Below, piece by piece: positions 9,578 through 19,710 of a DNA stretch of 64,000 bases; the stretch's first letter is position 1; each line of letters starts with the position of its first letter. The translations under genes and the position numbers were made by a program. The DNA lies in contig DASXUP010000023.1 in NCBI GenBank assembly GCA_036504755.1, forward strand, positions 1,355 through 65,354. Reading direction: 5' to 3'. Under the pieces are notes generated by a model. That model worked only from the letters and a program-made list of their open reading frames with translations, ran no database searches and was not told the DNA's origin. Origin of the DNA: Coriobacteriia bacterium. GTDB lineage: Bacteria; Actinomycetota; Coriobacteriia; Anaerosomatales; JAJZPX01.

Positions 9578-10171
9578 ATGGCTGGGGAGAGCATCCTGGT
9601 CGTCGAGGACACGGAGCTGCTGCGGCGCATATACACCGACAAGCTCGCGCAGGAGGGCTACGTCGTGCACTCGGCTGCGGACGGCCTGGACGCCCTCGCC
9701 AAGCTGCGCGAGAACAAGGTCGACCTCGTGCTGCTCGACCTCATCATGCCGCGGATGTCGGGCCTGGAGGCGCTCGAGGCGATCAAGGCGGATCCCCGCA
9801 CGAAGGACGTTCCCATCATCATCCTGTCCAACCTCGGCCAGGACAGCGACATCCAGCGCGGGCTCGAGATGGGCGCGTCCGACTACCTCATCAAGAACTC
9901 AGCCAAGCCGGCCGACGTCTCGGCCAAGATACGCGCGACACTGCAGATGGCGGGCGACCGTATGGTCAAGACGAGCGGCTACCACCTTATGGTCCGCGAC
10001 CGCGAGGCGGACGCGGACCGCTTCGTCAATGAGCAGAAGATGCCGCGCCGGTACTGGTGCCCCGCGTGCGAGGCCGAGCTGGAGCTCGAGCTCATCCCGA
10101 GACGCGACCGCGCCGGCTGGTACGACGCGCACTTCGTGTGCCCCAAGTGCCCGCGCGAGTTCGGCTCCTAG
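9578..10171 (+). CDS. CheY-like receiver protein with a C-terminal CxxC...CxxC zinc-ribbon-like tail
   Basis: Receiver signature VVEDT, phospho-acceptor context DLVLLDLIMPRMSG, ILSNLG, DYLIKN. C-terminal WCPACEAELELELIPRRDRAGWYDAHFVCPKCPREF. Starts 19 nt after the sigma factor stop. Confidence 0.85.
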   Translation: MAGESILVVEDTELLRRIYTDKLAQEGYVVHSAADGLDALAKLRENKVDLVLLDLIMPRMSGLEALEAIKADPRTKDVPIIILSNLGQDSDIQRGLEMGASDYLIKNSAKPADVSAKIRATLQMAGDRMVKTSGYHLMVRDREADADRFVNEQKMPRRYWCPACEAELELELIPRRDRAGWYDAHFVCPKCPREFGS

Positions 10172-10184
10172 CACACGCCACCGT

Positions 10185-10212
10185 TTGTCTCCGAGCCGCC
10201 GTGTGCTACACT
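10185..10212 (+). promoter_or_regulatory. Putative rpsB promoter (TTGTCT-16 nt-TGcTACACT, extended -10)
   Basis: TTGTCT at 10185-10190, TG at 10204-10205, TACACT at 10207-10212. This implies a leader of about 120 nt before the rpsB ATG. Consensus match only. Confidence 0.4.
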
Positions 10213-10341
10213 ACGTTGGCTTTGAACACGCACGCCCGCCGACCCTCGAGCCGGTGCCGTCGTCCATGACGCTGGAGACGGTCTTCGCTCACGATGAGGG
10301 GATGACGCGGGCGGAAGACAACCGAGTATGGAGGTAGCGTC

Positions 10342-11256
10342 ATGGCAGTCGTGTCCATGAAGGCCTTGCTCGAGGCCGGGGTCCACTTCGGGCATCAGAC
10401 CCGCCGCTGGAACCCGAAGATGAAGCCCTACATCTTCACCGAGCGCAACGGGATCTACATCCTCGACCTCCAGCGCACGTTGCGCGAGCTCGACGGGGCG
10501 TACCGCTTCGTCCGCGAGCTCACCGCCTCGGGGCGCTCCGTGCTGTTCATCGGCACGAAGAAGCAGGCCCAGGAGTCGATCCGCAGCGAAGCCGAGCGCG
10601 CCGGGCAGCCGTACGTGAACCAGCGCTGGCTCGGCGGTATGCTCACCAACTGGGTCACCGTGCGCAACCGCATCAAGCGCCTGACCGAGCTGGAGCGCAT
10701 GCAGGAGGACGGCTCGATGGCGGGCCGCCCGAAGAAGGAGCAGCTGCACCTCAAGGCCGAGTACGAGAAGCTCGAGAAGAACCTCTCTGGCATCCGCGAG
10801 ATGAACGCTCTGCCGGGTGCCGTGTTCATCGTCGACACGAAGCGTGAGACGATCGCGGTCGCCGAGGCGCGCCGCCTGCGCATCCCGATCATCGGCATCG
10901 TGGACACCAACTGCGATCCCGACGAGGTCGATTTCGTCATCCCCGGCAACGACGACGCGATCCGCGCCGTCAGCCTGATCTGCAACGTCATCGCGCGTGC
11001 CGCGGAGGAAGGCAAGGCCGCGTTCGAGGGCCCGAAGGTCGCGGGCGAGCAGCCTGAGGCACCCCAGGTCGTCGCTGAGGCGGAGGTTCCCGCCCAGGTG
11101 GCCGAGGCGGAACCGGCGCAGGCCGTCCCGGCACCCGCCGAGGAGCCGGCAGCCCCGGTCGAGCCGGGCAGCGATGCGGCCGGCGAGCCGGTGCCCCAGG
11201 GTACCGACGCCGACGCCGTCGTCGAGGCGCCCGAGGGGCCGTCCGAGGCGGAGTAG
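10342..11256 (+). CDS. rpsB: 30S ribosomal protein S2 with an acidic Ala/Glu/Pro-rich C-terminal tail
   Basis: [22 protein letters not shown] start, [34 protein letters not shown]. About the last 75 aa are low-complexity A/E/P. Confidence 0.97.
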   Translation: MAVVSMKALLEAGVHFGHQTRRWNPKMKPYIFTERNGIYILDLQRTLRELDGAYRFVRELTASGRSVLFIGTKKQAQESIRSEAERAGQPYVNQRWLGGMLTNWVTVRNRIKRLTELERMQEDGSMAGRPKKEQLHLKAEYEKLEKNLSGIREMNALPGAVFIVDTKRETIAVAEARRLRIPIIGIVDTNCDPDEVDFVIPGNDDAIRAVSLICNVIARAAEEGKAAFEGPKVAGEQPEAPQVVAEAEVPAQVAEAEPAQAVPAPAEEPAAPVEPGSDAAGEPVPQGTDADAVVEAPEGPSEAE

Positions 11257-11347
11257 CAAGACGCGCCGCGCCCAGGCCGCGTCCACGGGTACGCACATAT
11301 CGCCCGTCCGCATCGAGCGGCGGCTTGCACACCACCAGGAGGAAGTC

Positions 11348-11989
11348 ATGGCTGACATCAGCGCGAAGGACGTCAAGGAGCTGCGGGAGCAGACCGGCGC
11401 CGGCATGATGGACTGCAAGAAGGCGCTCGGCGAGGCCGGCGGCGACATGGCCAAGGCGTGCGACATCCTTCGCACGAAGGGTCTCGCGGACCTCGCCAAG
11501 CGTTCCGGCAAGGCCACCAACGAAGGCGTCGTCGAGGCGTACATCCACGGCGGCGGCCGCATCGGCGTGCTCATCGAGGTCAACTGCGAGACGGACTTCG
11601 TGTCTCGCAACGACCAGTTCCGGGCGTTCGTCCACGACGTCGCGATGCATGTGGCGGCCGCCGCGCCCCTGTACGTGCGGCGCGAGGACGTCCCGACGAG
11701 CGTCGTCGAGCACGAGATGGGCATCTACAAGGCCCAGGCGGCCGATTCCGGCAAGCCGGAGCAGATCCAGACCAAGATGGCCGAGGGCAGGCTCGAGAAG
11801 TTCTACAAGGAGGTCTGCCTCATGGAGCAGCCCTTCGTGAAGGACCCCGACCTCACGATCAACGACCTGCTCGGCGAGCAGGTGGCCAAGCTGGGCGAGA
11901 ACATCAAGGTCTCGCGCTTCACGCGCTACGTCCTCGGCCAGCACGAACCGAAGGACGAGCAGGCCGAGGAACGAGGGCTCGACGCCTAG
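11348..11989 (+). CDS. tsf: Elongation factor Ts (short, 213-aa form)
   Basis: [29 protein letters not shown]-like N-terminus. AGGAGG lies about 5 nt upstream of ATG 11348. Only the 3' part of track ORF 10997..11989 is this gene. Confidence 0.95.
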   Translation: MADISAKDVKELREQTGAGMMDCKKALGEAGGDMAKACDILRTKGLADLAKRSGKATNEGVVEAYIHGGGRIGVLIEVNCETDFVSRNDQFRAFVHDVAMHVAAAAPLYVRREDVPTSVVEHEMGIYKAQAADSGKPEQIQTKMAEGRLEKFYKEVCLMEQPFVKDPDLTINDLLGEQVAKLGENIKVSRFTRYVLGQHEPKDEQAEERGLDA

Positions 11990-12003
11990 ATAGCGACTTA
12001 AGA

Positions 12004-12036
12004 AACGGGCCGGTCGGATGACCGGCCCGTTCTTCT
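12004..12036 (+). terminator. Intrinsic terminator after tsf
   Basis: 12-bp GC-rich stem AACGGGCCGGTC / GACCGGCCCGTT with loop GGAT, followed by CTTCTGT. Confidence 0.7.
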
Positions 12037-12096
12037 GTGCGACGATTGCGGACGACGGGCGGCCCGGACGGGCCGCCGTGCAAGGAGGGAGTCAGC

Positions 12097-12822
12097 GTGG
12101 CCGAGGAGTACCGGTTCCGGCGCGTCCTGTTGAAGCTGTCGGGGGAGGCCCTCATGGGCGAAGCCGGCTACGGGATAGACCCCAACGTCCTCGACTCGCT
12201 CGCGCGCCAGCTCGTCGTGGTGCACACCGCGGGCGTCCAGGTGGCGATCGTCGTGGGCGGGGGCAACATATTCCGCGGCATGGCCGGCTCGGCGAAGGGG
12301 ATGGACCGCGCCCAGGCGGACTACATCGGCATGCTCGCGACGGTGATGAACGGCCTCGCGCTGCAGGACGTGCTCGAGAAGCACGGTGTCTATACGAGGC
12401 TGATGTCCGCGATCGAGATGCAGTCCGTCGCGGAGCCCTACATCCGGCGCCGTGCGATACGCCATCTCGAGAAGGGCCGCGTCACCATCTTCGCGGCGGG
12501 GACAGGCAACCCGTACTTCACGACCGACACCACAGCGGCGCTGCGGGCGCTGGAGATCGGGGCCGAATGTATAATGAAGGCCACCAAGGTCGACGGCGTG
12601 TACGACGCGGACCCGGTGACCCACCCGGACGCGAAGAAGTTCGACGAGCTGCCCTACATCGAGGTAATCAACCGGGGGCTCAAGGTCATGGACAACACCG
12701 CGGTCTCGCTGTGCATGGACAACGACCTGCCGATCCTGGTGTTCAACATGGAGCGTGAGGGCAACATCGAGCGCGCCCTCAAAGGCGAGCCGGTCGGGAC
12801 GATAGTCAGGGGAGGGAACTAG
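12097..12822 (+). CDS. pyrH: UMP kinase
   Basis: GTG 12097 is preceded by AAGGAGGGA (12082-12090). Motifs [39 protein letters not shown]. Confidence 0.93.
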   Translation: MAEEYRFRRVLLKLSGEALMGEAGYGIDPNVLDSLARQLVVVHTAGVQVAIVVGGGNIFRGMAGSAKGMDRAQADYIGMLATVMNGLALQDVLEKHGVYTRLMSAIEMQSVAEPYIRRRAIRHLEKGRVTIFAAGTGNPYFTTDTTAALRALEIGAECIMKATKVDGVYDADPVTHPDAKKFDELPYIEVINRGLKVMDNTAVSLCMDNDLPILVFNMEREGNIERALKGEPVGTIVRGGN

Positions 12823-12823
12823 C

Positions 12824-13381
12824 GTGCCTAACGGGATCATCGCCGACGCGGGCGAGCGGATGAAGAAAGCGGTCGGGCACCTCGGCCATGAGTTCAGCAC
12901 TGTGCGCACCGGGCGCGCATCAGGCGCGGTACTCGAGGACGTGAAGGTCGAGTACTACGGCAGCCAGATGCCGGTGACGCAGGTGGCGACGGTGAAGTCC
13001 CCCGAGCCGCACATGCTGACGGTCGAGCCGTGGGACAAGGGCATGCTCTCGGCCATCGAGAAGGCCATCCAGGCATCGGACCTCGGCATCAACCCCAGCA
13101 ACGACGGCACGATGATCCGCCTGCCCTTCCCGCCGCTCACCGAGGAGCGCCGCCGCGATCTCGTCAAGCAGTGCAAGGGCTACGCCGAGGAAGCGAAGGT
13201 GGCCGTGCGCGCGGTGCGTCACGACGCGATCAAGCAGCTCGAGCGCCAGGACAAGGACGGCGAGATCAGCCAGGACGACGCCCGCCGGGGCGAAGCCGAG
13301 GTGCAGAAGCTCACCGACGCGCGCATCACCGAGATCGACGAGATGCTGAAACGCAAGGAAGCCGAGATCATGGAGGTCTGA
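12824..13381 (+). CDS. frr: Ribosome recycling factor
   Basis: 185 aa. MKKAVGHLGHEFSTVRTGRAS, VEPWDKGMLSAIEKAIQASDLGINPSNDG, PLTEERRRDLVK. Confidence 0.95.
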   Translation: MPNGIIADAGERMKKAVGHLGHEFSTVRTGRASGAVLEDVKVEYYGSQMPVTQVATVKSPEPHMLTVEPWDKGMLSAIEKAIQASDLGINPSNDGTMIRLPFPPLTEERRRDLVKQCKGYAEEAKVAVRAVRHDAIKQLERQDKDGEISQDDARRGEAEVQKLTDARITEIDEMLKRKEAEIMEV

Positions 13382-13390
13382 GGTCGCGCG

Positions 13391-14170
13391 ATGCCTGGTG
13401 ACCGGACCGACCTGCAGGCGTTCTTCCGACACACCCGCGAACGGGAGCTGCTCTCGTCGTTCGACCCCGCGCGGGTGCCCGCGCACGTCGCGGTCATCAT
13501 GGACGGCAACGGGCGCTGGGCGGCGAAGCGGGGCCTGCCGCGTATCGCGGGCCACCGGGCCGGCGCCAAGGCGATCCGCGAGGTCATCGAGGCGTGCGAC
13601 GCCGTCGGCATCCGCTTCCTCACCCTCTACTCCTTCAGCTCCGAGAACTGGCGGCGGCCCGAGGACGAGGTCAAGGGGCTCATGTCGCTGTTCGTCGAGG
13701 TGCTCCAGGCCGAGCTCGCGAAGCTGGAGGAGAAGTCGGTCCGCCTCAGGCTCGTCGGCCGGGAGTACGACCTTCCCTCGGCCACTCGCGAGGCGTTCCT
13801 CCGGGCCCAGGAACGCACGGCAGGCAACACGGGTCTCACCCTCGTGGTGGCGATGAACTACGGCGGCCGAGGCGAGATCGTCGACGCGGCGCGGTCGCTC
13901 GCGCGCAGCGCCGCCGACGGCTCGCTCGACCCCGAGGCCATCGACGAGGACGCGATCGCCTCGCGTCTCTACACGGCCGGTATCCCCGACCCCGACCTCG
14001 TCATCCGAACGAGCGGCGAGATGCGCGTCAGCAACTTCCTGCTGTGGCAGATCGCGTACGCCGAGCTTTGGGTCACGCAGGTGTTGTGGCCGGACTTCAA
14101 GCGATACGACCTGTTGCGCGCGCTCGTGGACTACCAGCGGCGCGGACGCAGGTACGGGGGCAGCGAGTGA
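13391..14170 (+). CDS. uppS: Undecaprenyl diphosphate synthase (cis-prenyltransferase)
   Basis: HVAVIMDGNGRWA, FSSENWRRP, IRTSGEMRVSNFLLWQIAYAEL. Confidence 0.95.
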   Translation: MPGDRTDLQAFFRHTRERELLSSFDPARVPAHVAVIMDGNGRWAAKRGLPRIAGHRAGAKAIREVIEACDAVGIRFLTLYSFSSENWRRPEDEVKGLMSLFVEVLQAELAKLEEKSVRLRLVGREYDLPSATREAFLRAQERTAGNTGLTLVVAMNYGGRGEIVDAARSLARSAADGSLDPEAIDEDAIASRLYTAGIPDPDLVIRTSGEMRVSNFLLWQIAYAELWVTQVLWPDFKRYDLLRALVDYQRRGRRYGGSE

Positions 14171-15006
14171 CGCCGCGGACGCCCAAGCCGGCGCCCGGTC
14201 TTCTGGCGCGCGTGCTGACCGCTCTCGCGCTGGGCGCCGTGGTCCTCGCGGTCGTCTTCCTCGGCCGGCCTTTGGGGATGGCGGTGCTGGTAGCAGCCGT
14301 AGCCGCTTTCGCCGTAGCGGAGTTCTACCGCCTCGAGCGCCAAGAGCACCGCAAGCCGAACGAGGTCTTCGGCATCGCGGCCGTGGCGGTCATGCCGCTC
14401 GCGGCGGCGCTCTTCCCAGCGGCCGGGCTCGTCGCCGTGGTCAGCGCGCTGGTGGGCGCTTCGCTGCTCTGGCACCTGGCCTTCCGCCAGGTGAGCACCG
14501 CCGACACGGCGACGACCGTCTTCGGCGCGCTGTACGTCGGGTTCACCTTGAGCCACCTGGTGCTGCTCCGCGCCCTGCCCGAGGGCACCGTCCTCGTGCT
14601 GGTGACGTTCGTGTCCGTGTGGGCCAACGACGTCTTCGCGTACTTCATCGGGGTCGGGGTGGGCCGGCACAAGATGGCGCCGCACGTCTCGCCGCACAAG
14701 TCGTGGGAAGGGTTCCTCGGCGGAGGTGTGTGCGCGCTGCTGGTTTGGCTGGCGGCCTTCTCGCTATCCCAGACTCCGCTCGGCGGCACCGGGCTTTCGC
14801 TCGCGTGGCACGCGGCCATAGGCGTCGCGGTCCCTCTCGCGGCGCTCGTCGGCGACCTGGTCGAGTCGCGCTTCAAGCGTGAGGCCGAGGCGAAGGATTC
14901 CGGAGTCCTGCTCCCGGGCCACGGGGGCTTCCTCGACCGGTTCGACAGCATGATCGTCGTGTCCATCACGGTGTACTACCTCGTGATCATCGCGAGGGCG
15001 CTGTGA
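14167..15006 (+). CDS. cdsA: Phosphatidate cytidylyltransferase (CDP-diglyceride synthase)
   Basis: GTG 14167 overlaps the uppS stop (GTGA). Polytopic membrane protein. SPHKSWEGFLGG and LPGHGGFLDRFDS signature. Confidence 0.9.
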   Translation: MTPRTPKPAPGLLARVLTALALGAVVLAVVFLGRPLGMAVLVAAVAAFAVAEFYRLERQEHRKPNEVFGIAAVAVMPLAAALFPAAGLVAVVSALVGASLLWHLAFRQVSTADTATTVFGALYVGFTLSHLVLLRALPEGTVLVLVTFVSVWANDVFAYFIGVGVGRHKMAPHVSPHKSWEGFLGGGVCALLVWLAAFSLSQTPLGGTGLSLAWHAAIGVAVPLAALVGDLVESRFKREAEAKDSGVLLPGHGGFLDRFDSMIVVSITVYYLVIIARAL

Positions 15007-16157
15007 CCCAGCGGCGGCGGGTGGCCATCCTCGGCTCCACGGGGTCGATAGGCCGGCAGGCCCTCGACATCGCCGCGCGATACACGGGGCGCATCGAGGT
15101 CGTCTCGCTGGCCGCGCGGAGCAACGCGGTGCTCGTCGCGGATCAGGCCCGCGCGTTCGGCGTCCGGCGCGTGTGCCTCGTCGATCCCGCCGCGGCCGCC
15201 GAAGCACGGGAGTGGCTGCCCGAGGCGCAAGTGCTCGAAGGCGCCGAGGCGCTGGCCGAGATGGCGTCCGCCGAAGATGCCGACATCGTCCTGAACGCCC
15301 TGGTGGGCGCCGCGGGCCTGCGTGCGTCGATGTCCGCCCTGGCCGCAGGCAAGCGGCTCGCGCTCGCGAACAAGGAGTCGCTCGTCACCGGCGGCGAACT
15401 CGTGATGTCGCTCGCCGGGCACGGCGAGCTGCTCCCGGTGGACTCCGAGCACTCGGCGATCTTCCAGTGCCTGGTCGGCGAGCTCTCCGCCGAGGTGTCG
15501 CGGATCTGGCTCACCGCGTCGGGCGGCCCGTTCCGGGGGTTCACGCGGCGCCAGCTGGAGACGGCGACCCGCGAGCAGGCGCTCGCTCATCCGCGGTGGA
15601 CGATGGGGCCGAAGATCACGATCGACTCCGCGACGCTGATGAACAAGGGGCTCGAGGCGATAGAGGCCCACCACCTGTTCGATGTCGACTACGAGCAGAT
15701 CCGGATCGTGGTCCACCCGCAGTCGACCATCCACTCCATGGTCGAGTTCGCGGACGGGTCCGTCAAAGCGCACCTCGGCGCGACGGACATGCGCGTGCCG
15801 ATCCAGTACGCGCTGAGCTATCCCGAGCGCTGGGACGCGCCGGTGCCGCCGCTGGACTTCGGGCACGTGAGCCCGCTGGGCTTCGAGGAGCCCGACGCCG
15901 GGACGTTCCGGTGCCTGACGCTCGCGCTGGAGGCCGGGAGGACCGGCGGCTCGATGCCGGCCGCGATGAACGCCGCCAACGAGGTGGCCGTCGCGGCCTT
16001 CCTCGAAGGTCGCTGCCGTCTCACCGACATCGACCGCACCGTAGAGGCGGTGATGACCGCTCACGACCCGGAGCCGCTCGAGAGCGTCGAGCAGGTCGAG
16101 GCGGTCGACGCGTGGGCTCGCGAGCGGGCGCGCGAGTTCCTCGGCCGAAGCGGGTAG
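15003..16157 (+). CDS. dxr: 1-deoxy-D-xylulose 5-phosphate reductoisomerase
   Basis: GTG 15003 overlaps the cdsA stop (GTGA). Motifs ILGSTGSIGRQALD, LANKESLV, DSEHSAIFQC, HPRWTMGPKITIDSATLMNKGLE. Confidence 0.95.
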   Translation: MTQRRRVAILGSTGSIGRQALDIAARYTGRIEVVSLAARSNAVLVADQARAFGVRRVCLVDPAAAAEAREWLPEAQVLEGAEALAEMASAEDADIVLNALVGAAGLRASMSALAAGKRLALANKESLVTGGELVMSLAGHGELLPVDSEHSAIFQCLVGELSAEVSRIWLTASGGPFRGFTRRQLETATREQALAHPRWTMGPKITIDSATLMNKGLEAIEAHHLFDVDYEQIRIVVHPQSTIHSMVEFADGSVKAHLGATDMRVPIQYALSYPERWDAPVPPLDFGHVSPLGFEEPDAGTFRCLTLALEAGRTGGSMPAAMNAANEVAVAAFLEGRCRLTDIDRTVEAVMTAHDPEPLESVEQVEAVDAWARERAREFLGRSG

Positions 16158-16245
16158 TAACCGCACCGCCAGGTGCGGATGCGTGGCCTGCCGTTTGCTT
16201 CCATGACGCACCGTCCGGCGGAAGCCGGGCTACGAAAGGACACAC

Positions 16246-17532
16246 GTGAGCCACATCCTCGCGCTGCCCGTCTGGGGCATGGTCTTCTGGGGCGTCATCA
16301 CCTTCTCGATCCTCGTGTTCCTCCACGAAGGCGGGCACTTCCTCGCCGCGCGCCTCTTCGGCGTGAACGTCCACGAGTTCATGCTCGGCCTTCCGGGCCC
16401 GGCTCTGCGCGTGCACACCAAGAGCGGCACCGCTTTCGGCGTCACGGCGATCCCGCTCGGCGGCTACGTGCGGATCGCGGGCATGGAGCCGGGCGGCGAG
16501 GACCCGCTGCTGGCCGCCGCGCTCAAGGTCTCGGCCGAGGCGGACCGGATCGACGCTCGCGCCCTCGCGCAAGCGCTCGACGTGCCGGTGGAGAAGGCGT
16601 CGGCGCTGCTCGTGACGCTGGCGGACTACATGGCGCTCGACCCGGCCGACGACGACGACGTGAGCTACGTCTCCAGGGTCACTGCGGGCTCCGACGAGTC
16701 CGCGGACGCGTTGCTCGCACGCGTCCGCCGGCACACGTACCGCGGCCTGCGCACGTGGCAGCGCATGCTCGTGCTGGCGGCCGGCGTCGCGGTCAACATC
16801 GTCGCCGCCATCCTGACGTTCATAGTCGTGCTGTCGATCTGGGGCAACCCGACGCCGTCGCTCACGCTGCAGACCGTCCTGCCGAAGACGGCGGCGCAGG
16901 CCGTCGGACTCAAGCCGGGGGACACGGTGGTAGCGGTGGACGGCGCGAGACTCAAGGGCTGGGACCAGCTTCTCGCGCGCTTGAGGAAGGCGCGACCCGG
17001 CGACCAGGTGACGATCACGTACGTGCGCGGCGGCCAGGCACGGACGGCGAACGCCGTGCTCGGGAAGCAGGACGGCCGGGCGTTCCTCGGGGTCGGGCCG
17101 CAGATCGAGTACCACGGGCTGCCGTTGCTGACGGCCGTCACCGACAGTTTCAAGCTCACGGGAGCGGTGTTCGCCGCTCTCGGACAGTTCCTCGGCGGCA
17201 TCATCCACCCTCGGCAGTTCGTCGCGTCGCTGAAAGACGCACGGAGCGTGGTCGGTATCGCCGAGCTCGCGGCGCAGCAGGCACAGGCGGGACCGCTCGA
17301 CTACTCCTGGTTCATCGCCTTCCTCTCGTTGTCGCTCGGCGCCATGAACATCCTTCCGATTCCGCCGCTGGACGGCGGCAAGGTGCTCGTCGAGGGCATC
17401 GAACGCGCCGCGGGCCACCCGCTGAAGCGCGAGGTGTCGCTGGCCATCTCGGCCACGGGGACGCTGCTGTTGTTCTCGCTCATCGGCTACCTGATGTACG
17501 CTGACATCGCCCGGATCGCCACGGGCCACTAG
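16246..17532 (+). CDS. rseP: Site-2 (RIP) zinc metalloprotease RseP/RasP family
   Basis: HEGGHFLAARLFGV (HExxH) in TM1, central PDZ-like segment (GLKPGDTVVAVDG), C-terminal NILPIPPLDGG. Confidence 0.9.
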   Translation: MSHILALPVWGMVFWGVITFSILVFLHEGGHFLAARLFGVNVHEFMLGLPGPALRVHTKSGTAFGVTAIPLGGYVRIAGMEPGGEDPLLAAALKVSAEADRIDARALAQALDVPVEKASALLVTLADYMALDPADDDDVSYVSRVTAGSDESADALLARVRRHTYRGLRTWQRMLVLAAGVAVNIVAAILTFIVVLSIWGNPTPSLTLQTVLPKTAAQAVGLKPGDTVVAVDGARLKGWDQLLARLRKARPGDQVTITYVRGGQARTANAVLGKQDGRAFLGVGPQIEYHGLPLLTAVTDSFKLTGAVFAALGQFLGGIIHPRQFVASLKDARSVVGIAELAAQQAQAGPLDYSWFIAFLSLSLGAMNILPIPPLDGGKVLVEGIERAAGHPLKREVSLAISATGTLLLFSLIGYLMYADIARIATGH

Positions 17533-17554
17533 TCCTTTAGGGGAGCGAGGTCGC

Positions 17555-18616
17555 GTGCCTGTTCGCCGCCAGACCAGGCCGGTCATGGTGGGAGAAGTCC
17601 CCATGGGCGGGGGGGCGCCGGTCGTCGTTCAGTCGATGACGAACACCGACACCTCCGACGCCGAGGCGACGCTCTCGCAGATCGCGCGTCTCGCCGAGGC
17701 CGGCTGCGAGGTCGTGCGCGTAGCGATCCCGCACGCCGACGCGCTCGACGGCTTCGCCGCGGTGTGCAGCCGCTCTCCGCTCCCCGTCGTGGCCGACGTC
17801 CACTTCGACCATCGTCTCGCTATCGAGGCCGCTCGCCGAGGAGCGGCGAAGCTGCGCATCAATCCCGGCAACATCGGCGCGGTCGAGCGCGTCGACGCCG
17901 TGATCGACGCGGCGGGGGAGGCGGGCATCCCGATCCGCATCGGCGTGAACGCCGGGTCGCTCGCCGAGGAGTTCGCCGAGCGGGACTGGCCGCTGGCTGA
18001 GAAGCTCGTCGCGAGCGCGGTGGCCTTCTGCGAGCACTTCGAGACCCGGGGCTTCGGCGACATCGTCGTCTCCGCGAAGGCGTCGTCGGTGCCGGTGACC
18101 GTCGCGGCCTACCGCTCGCTCGCGCGCGAGCTGCCCTACGCGCTGCACCTCGGCGTCACGGAGGCCGGGACGAAGCGCACGGGGACCGTGAAGTCCTCGA
18201 TCGGGCTCGGCATCCTGCTCGACGAGGGCATCGGGGACACGCTGCGCGTCTCGCTCACTGCCGATCCCGTCGAGGAGGTGGCCGTGGCGTGGGACGCCCT
18301 CGCCGCCCTCGACGTGCGGCGCCACGGGCCCGAGCTCGTCAGCTGCCCCACGTGCGGCCGCTGCCAGGTCGACCTCATCCCCATCGCCGAGGAGGTCGAG
18401 CGCAGGCTCCGCGAGATCCGCAGCCCCCTCAAGGTCGCGGTGATGGGCTGCGTCGTGAACGGTCCGGGCGAGGCACGCGACGCCGACATCGGCGTGGCCG
18501 CGGGGAAGGGCGTGGGGCTCGTCTTCGCGAAGGGGGAGCCGGTGCGCAAGGTGCCGGAGGCGGAGATCGTCGACGCGCTCATGGCCGAGATAGCGTCGCT
18601 CGGTCAGCGCCGCTGA
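17555..18616 (+). CDS. ispG: 4-hydroxy-3-methylbut-2-enyl diphosphate synthase IspG
   Basis: VVVQSMTNTDT, RINPGNIG, CPTCGRC, MGCVVNGPGE. Confidence 0.95.
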   Translation: MPVRRQTRPVMVGEVPMGGGAPVVVQSMTNTDTSDAEATLSQIARLAEAGCEVVRVAIPHADALDGFAAVCSRSPLPVVADVHFDHRLAIEAARRGAAKLRINPGNIGAVERVDAVIDAAGEAGIPIRIGVNAGSLAEEFAERDWPLAEKLVASAVAFCEHFETRGFGDIVVSAKASSVPVTVAAYRSLARELPYALHLGVTEAGTKRTGTVKSSIGLGILLDEGIGDTLRVSLTADPVEEVAVAWDALAALDVRRHGPELVSCPTCGRCQVDLIPIAEEVERRLREIRSPLKVAVMGCVVNGPGEARDADIGVAAGKGVGLVFAKGEPVRKVPEAEIVDALMAEIASLGQRR

Positions 18617-18680
18617 CGCGTTGTCCGCTCTTCGAGCGCTGCGGTAGAGTGGGAGGACCGGGGCCGTCGTGGGGGGAACC

Positions 18681-19547
18681 ATGGACCTGTTCCGCAAGAT
18701 ACTCGTGCCGCTCGAGCTCGCCGAGCTCGACGAGCGCATCATGCACTTCGTCGCCGGCCTCGGCCGTTACGGCATCGGCGAGGCGCTGCTGGCGAACGTG
18801 AAGCGCGAGATAGGCCTCGAGGCACCGGTGGCGAAGCGACGCGAGCAGGACCGCGGCAAGCTCATCGCCTCGCTCGCGTCGATCCTCACCGATGCGGGCG
18901 TCAACGTCACAGCGGTGCCGCTCGCGGGCGTGCCCACCGAAGAGATCCTGCACGCGGCTCACGAGGAGCACGTCTCGCTTCTCGTGACGGCGACGCACGG
19001 CAAGAGCGTGCTCAACGAGTTCGTCGTCGGCAGCGTCTCGGAGACCGTCGGAAGGCGGTCCAAGGTACCGGTGCTCATGATCCCGTACCGTATGCTGCTC
19101 GCGCTGGACACCGACGAGGCGGCGTTCTCGGCTGGGGCGCACGTGTTCGACCGCCTCGTCTACCCGACGGACTTCTCCGACGTGTCCGAACGCATGCTGG
19201 ACCTGGTGAAGTCTCTGGACGGCGACAAGGTGGGCGAGGTCGTCGTGACGCACATCGTCGACCCCAAGGAGCTGCGGAACGACCACCAGCGCGAGGCGAC
19301 GCTGCGCAGCGACAACCGCATCCTGGCCTCGATATCCGGGGAGCTCGACGAGCGCGGGATCCGCTCGAGCCGCGTGCTCGAGAGCGGTCCCGTCATAGCG
19401 GAGCTCCTCGACCTCGCCGAGAACCGTGGCGCGACCTCGTTCATCATGGGCTCGCACGGCCGTGGCCTCTCCGAGGAGATCTTCGTGGGTTCCGTGTCGC
19501 AGAACGTGATCCGCATGGCCGGGCTGCCGGTATTCGTGACCCACTGA
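18681..19547 (+). CDS. Tandem universal stress protein (UspA) domain protein
   Basis: Two USP-like halves: FRKILVPLE...VLMIP and DRLVYPTDFSD...IMGSHGRGLSEEIFVGSVSQNVIRMAGLPVFV. ATG 18681 follows GGGGGGA. A TTGTCC-18 nt-TAGAGT promoter-like element lies at 18621-18650. Confidence 0.75.
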   Translation: MDLFRKILVPLELAELDERIMHFVAGLGRYGIGEALLANVKREIGLEAPVAKRREQDRGKLIASLASILTDAGVNVTAVPLAGVPTEEILHAAHEEHVSLLVTATHGKSVLNEFVVGSVSETVGRRSKVPVLMIPYRMLLALDTDEAAFSAGAHVFDRLVYPTDFSDVSERMLDLVKSLDGDKVGEVVVTHIVDPKELRNDHQREATLRSDNRILASISGELDERGIRSSRVLESGPVIAELLDLAENRGATSFIMGSHGRGLSEEIFVGSVSQNVIRMAGLPVFVTH

Positions 19548-19710
19548 CGCTGCCGTTCGCCGCCGAAAACCCGCCGTTCACCGAGGCCGGGCAGGTAACG
19601 GCCTCGTCGACTCAGAAAGCTGCATCTAACGACGGCTCGTCCGCGGTCGCGGCCGCGCGAGGGTCGCGACCGACAGGTACACGGTGCCGCTGGGATCTGG
19701 GGGACATCGA

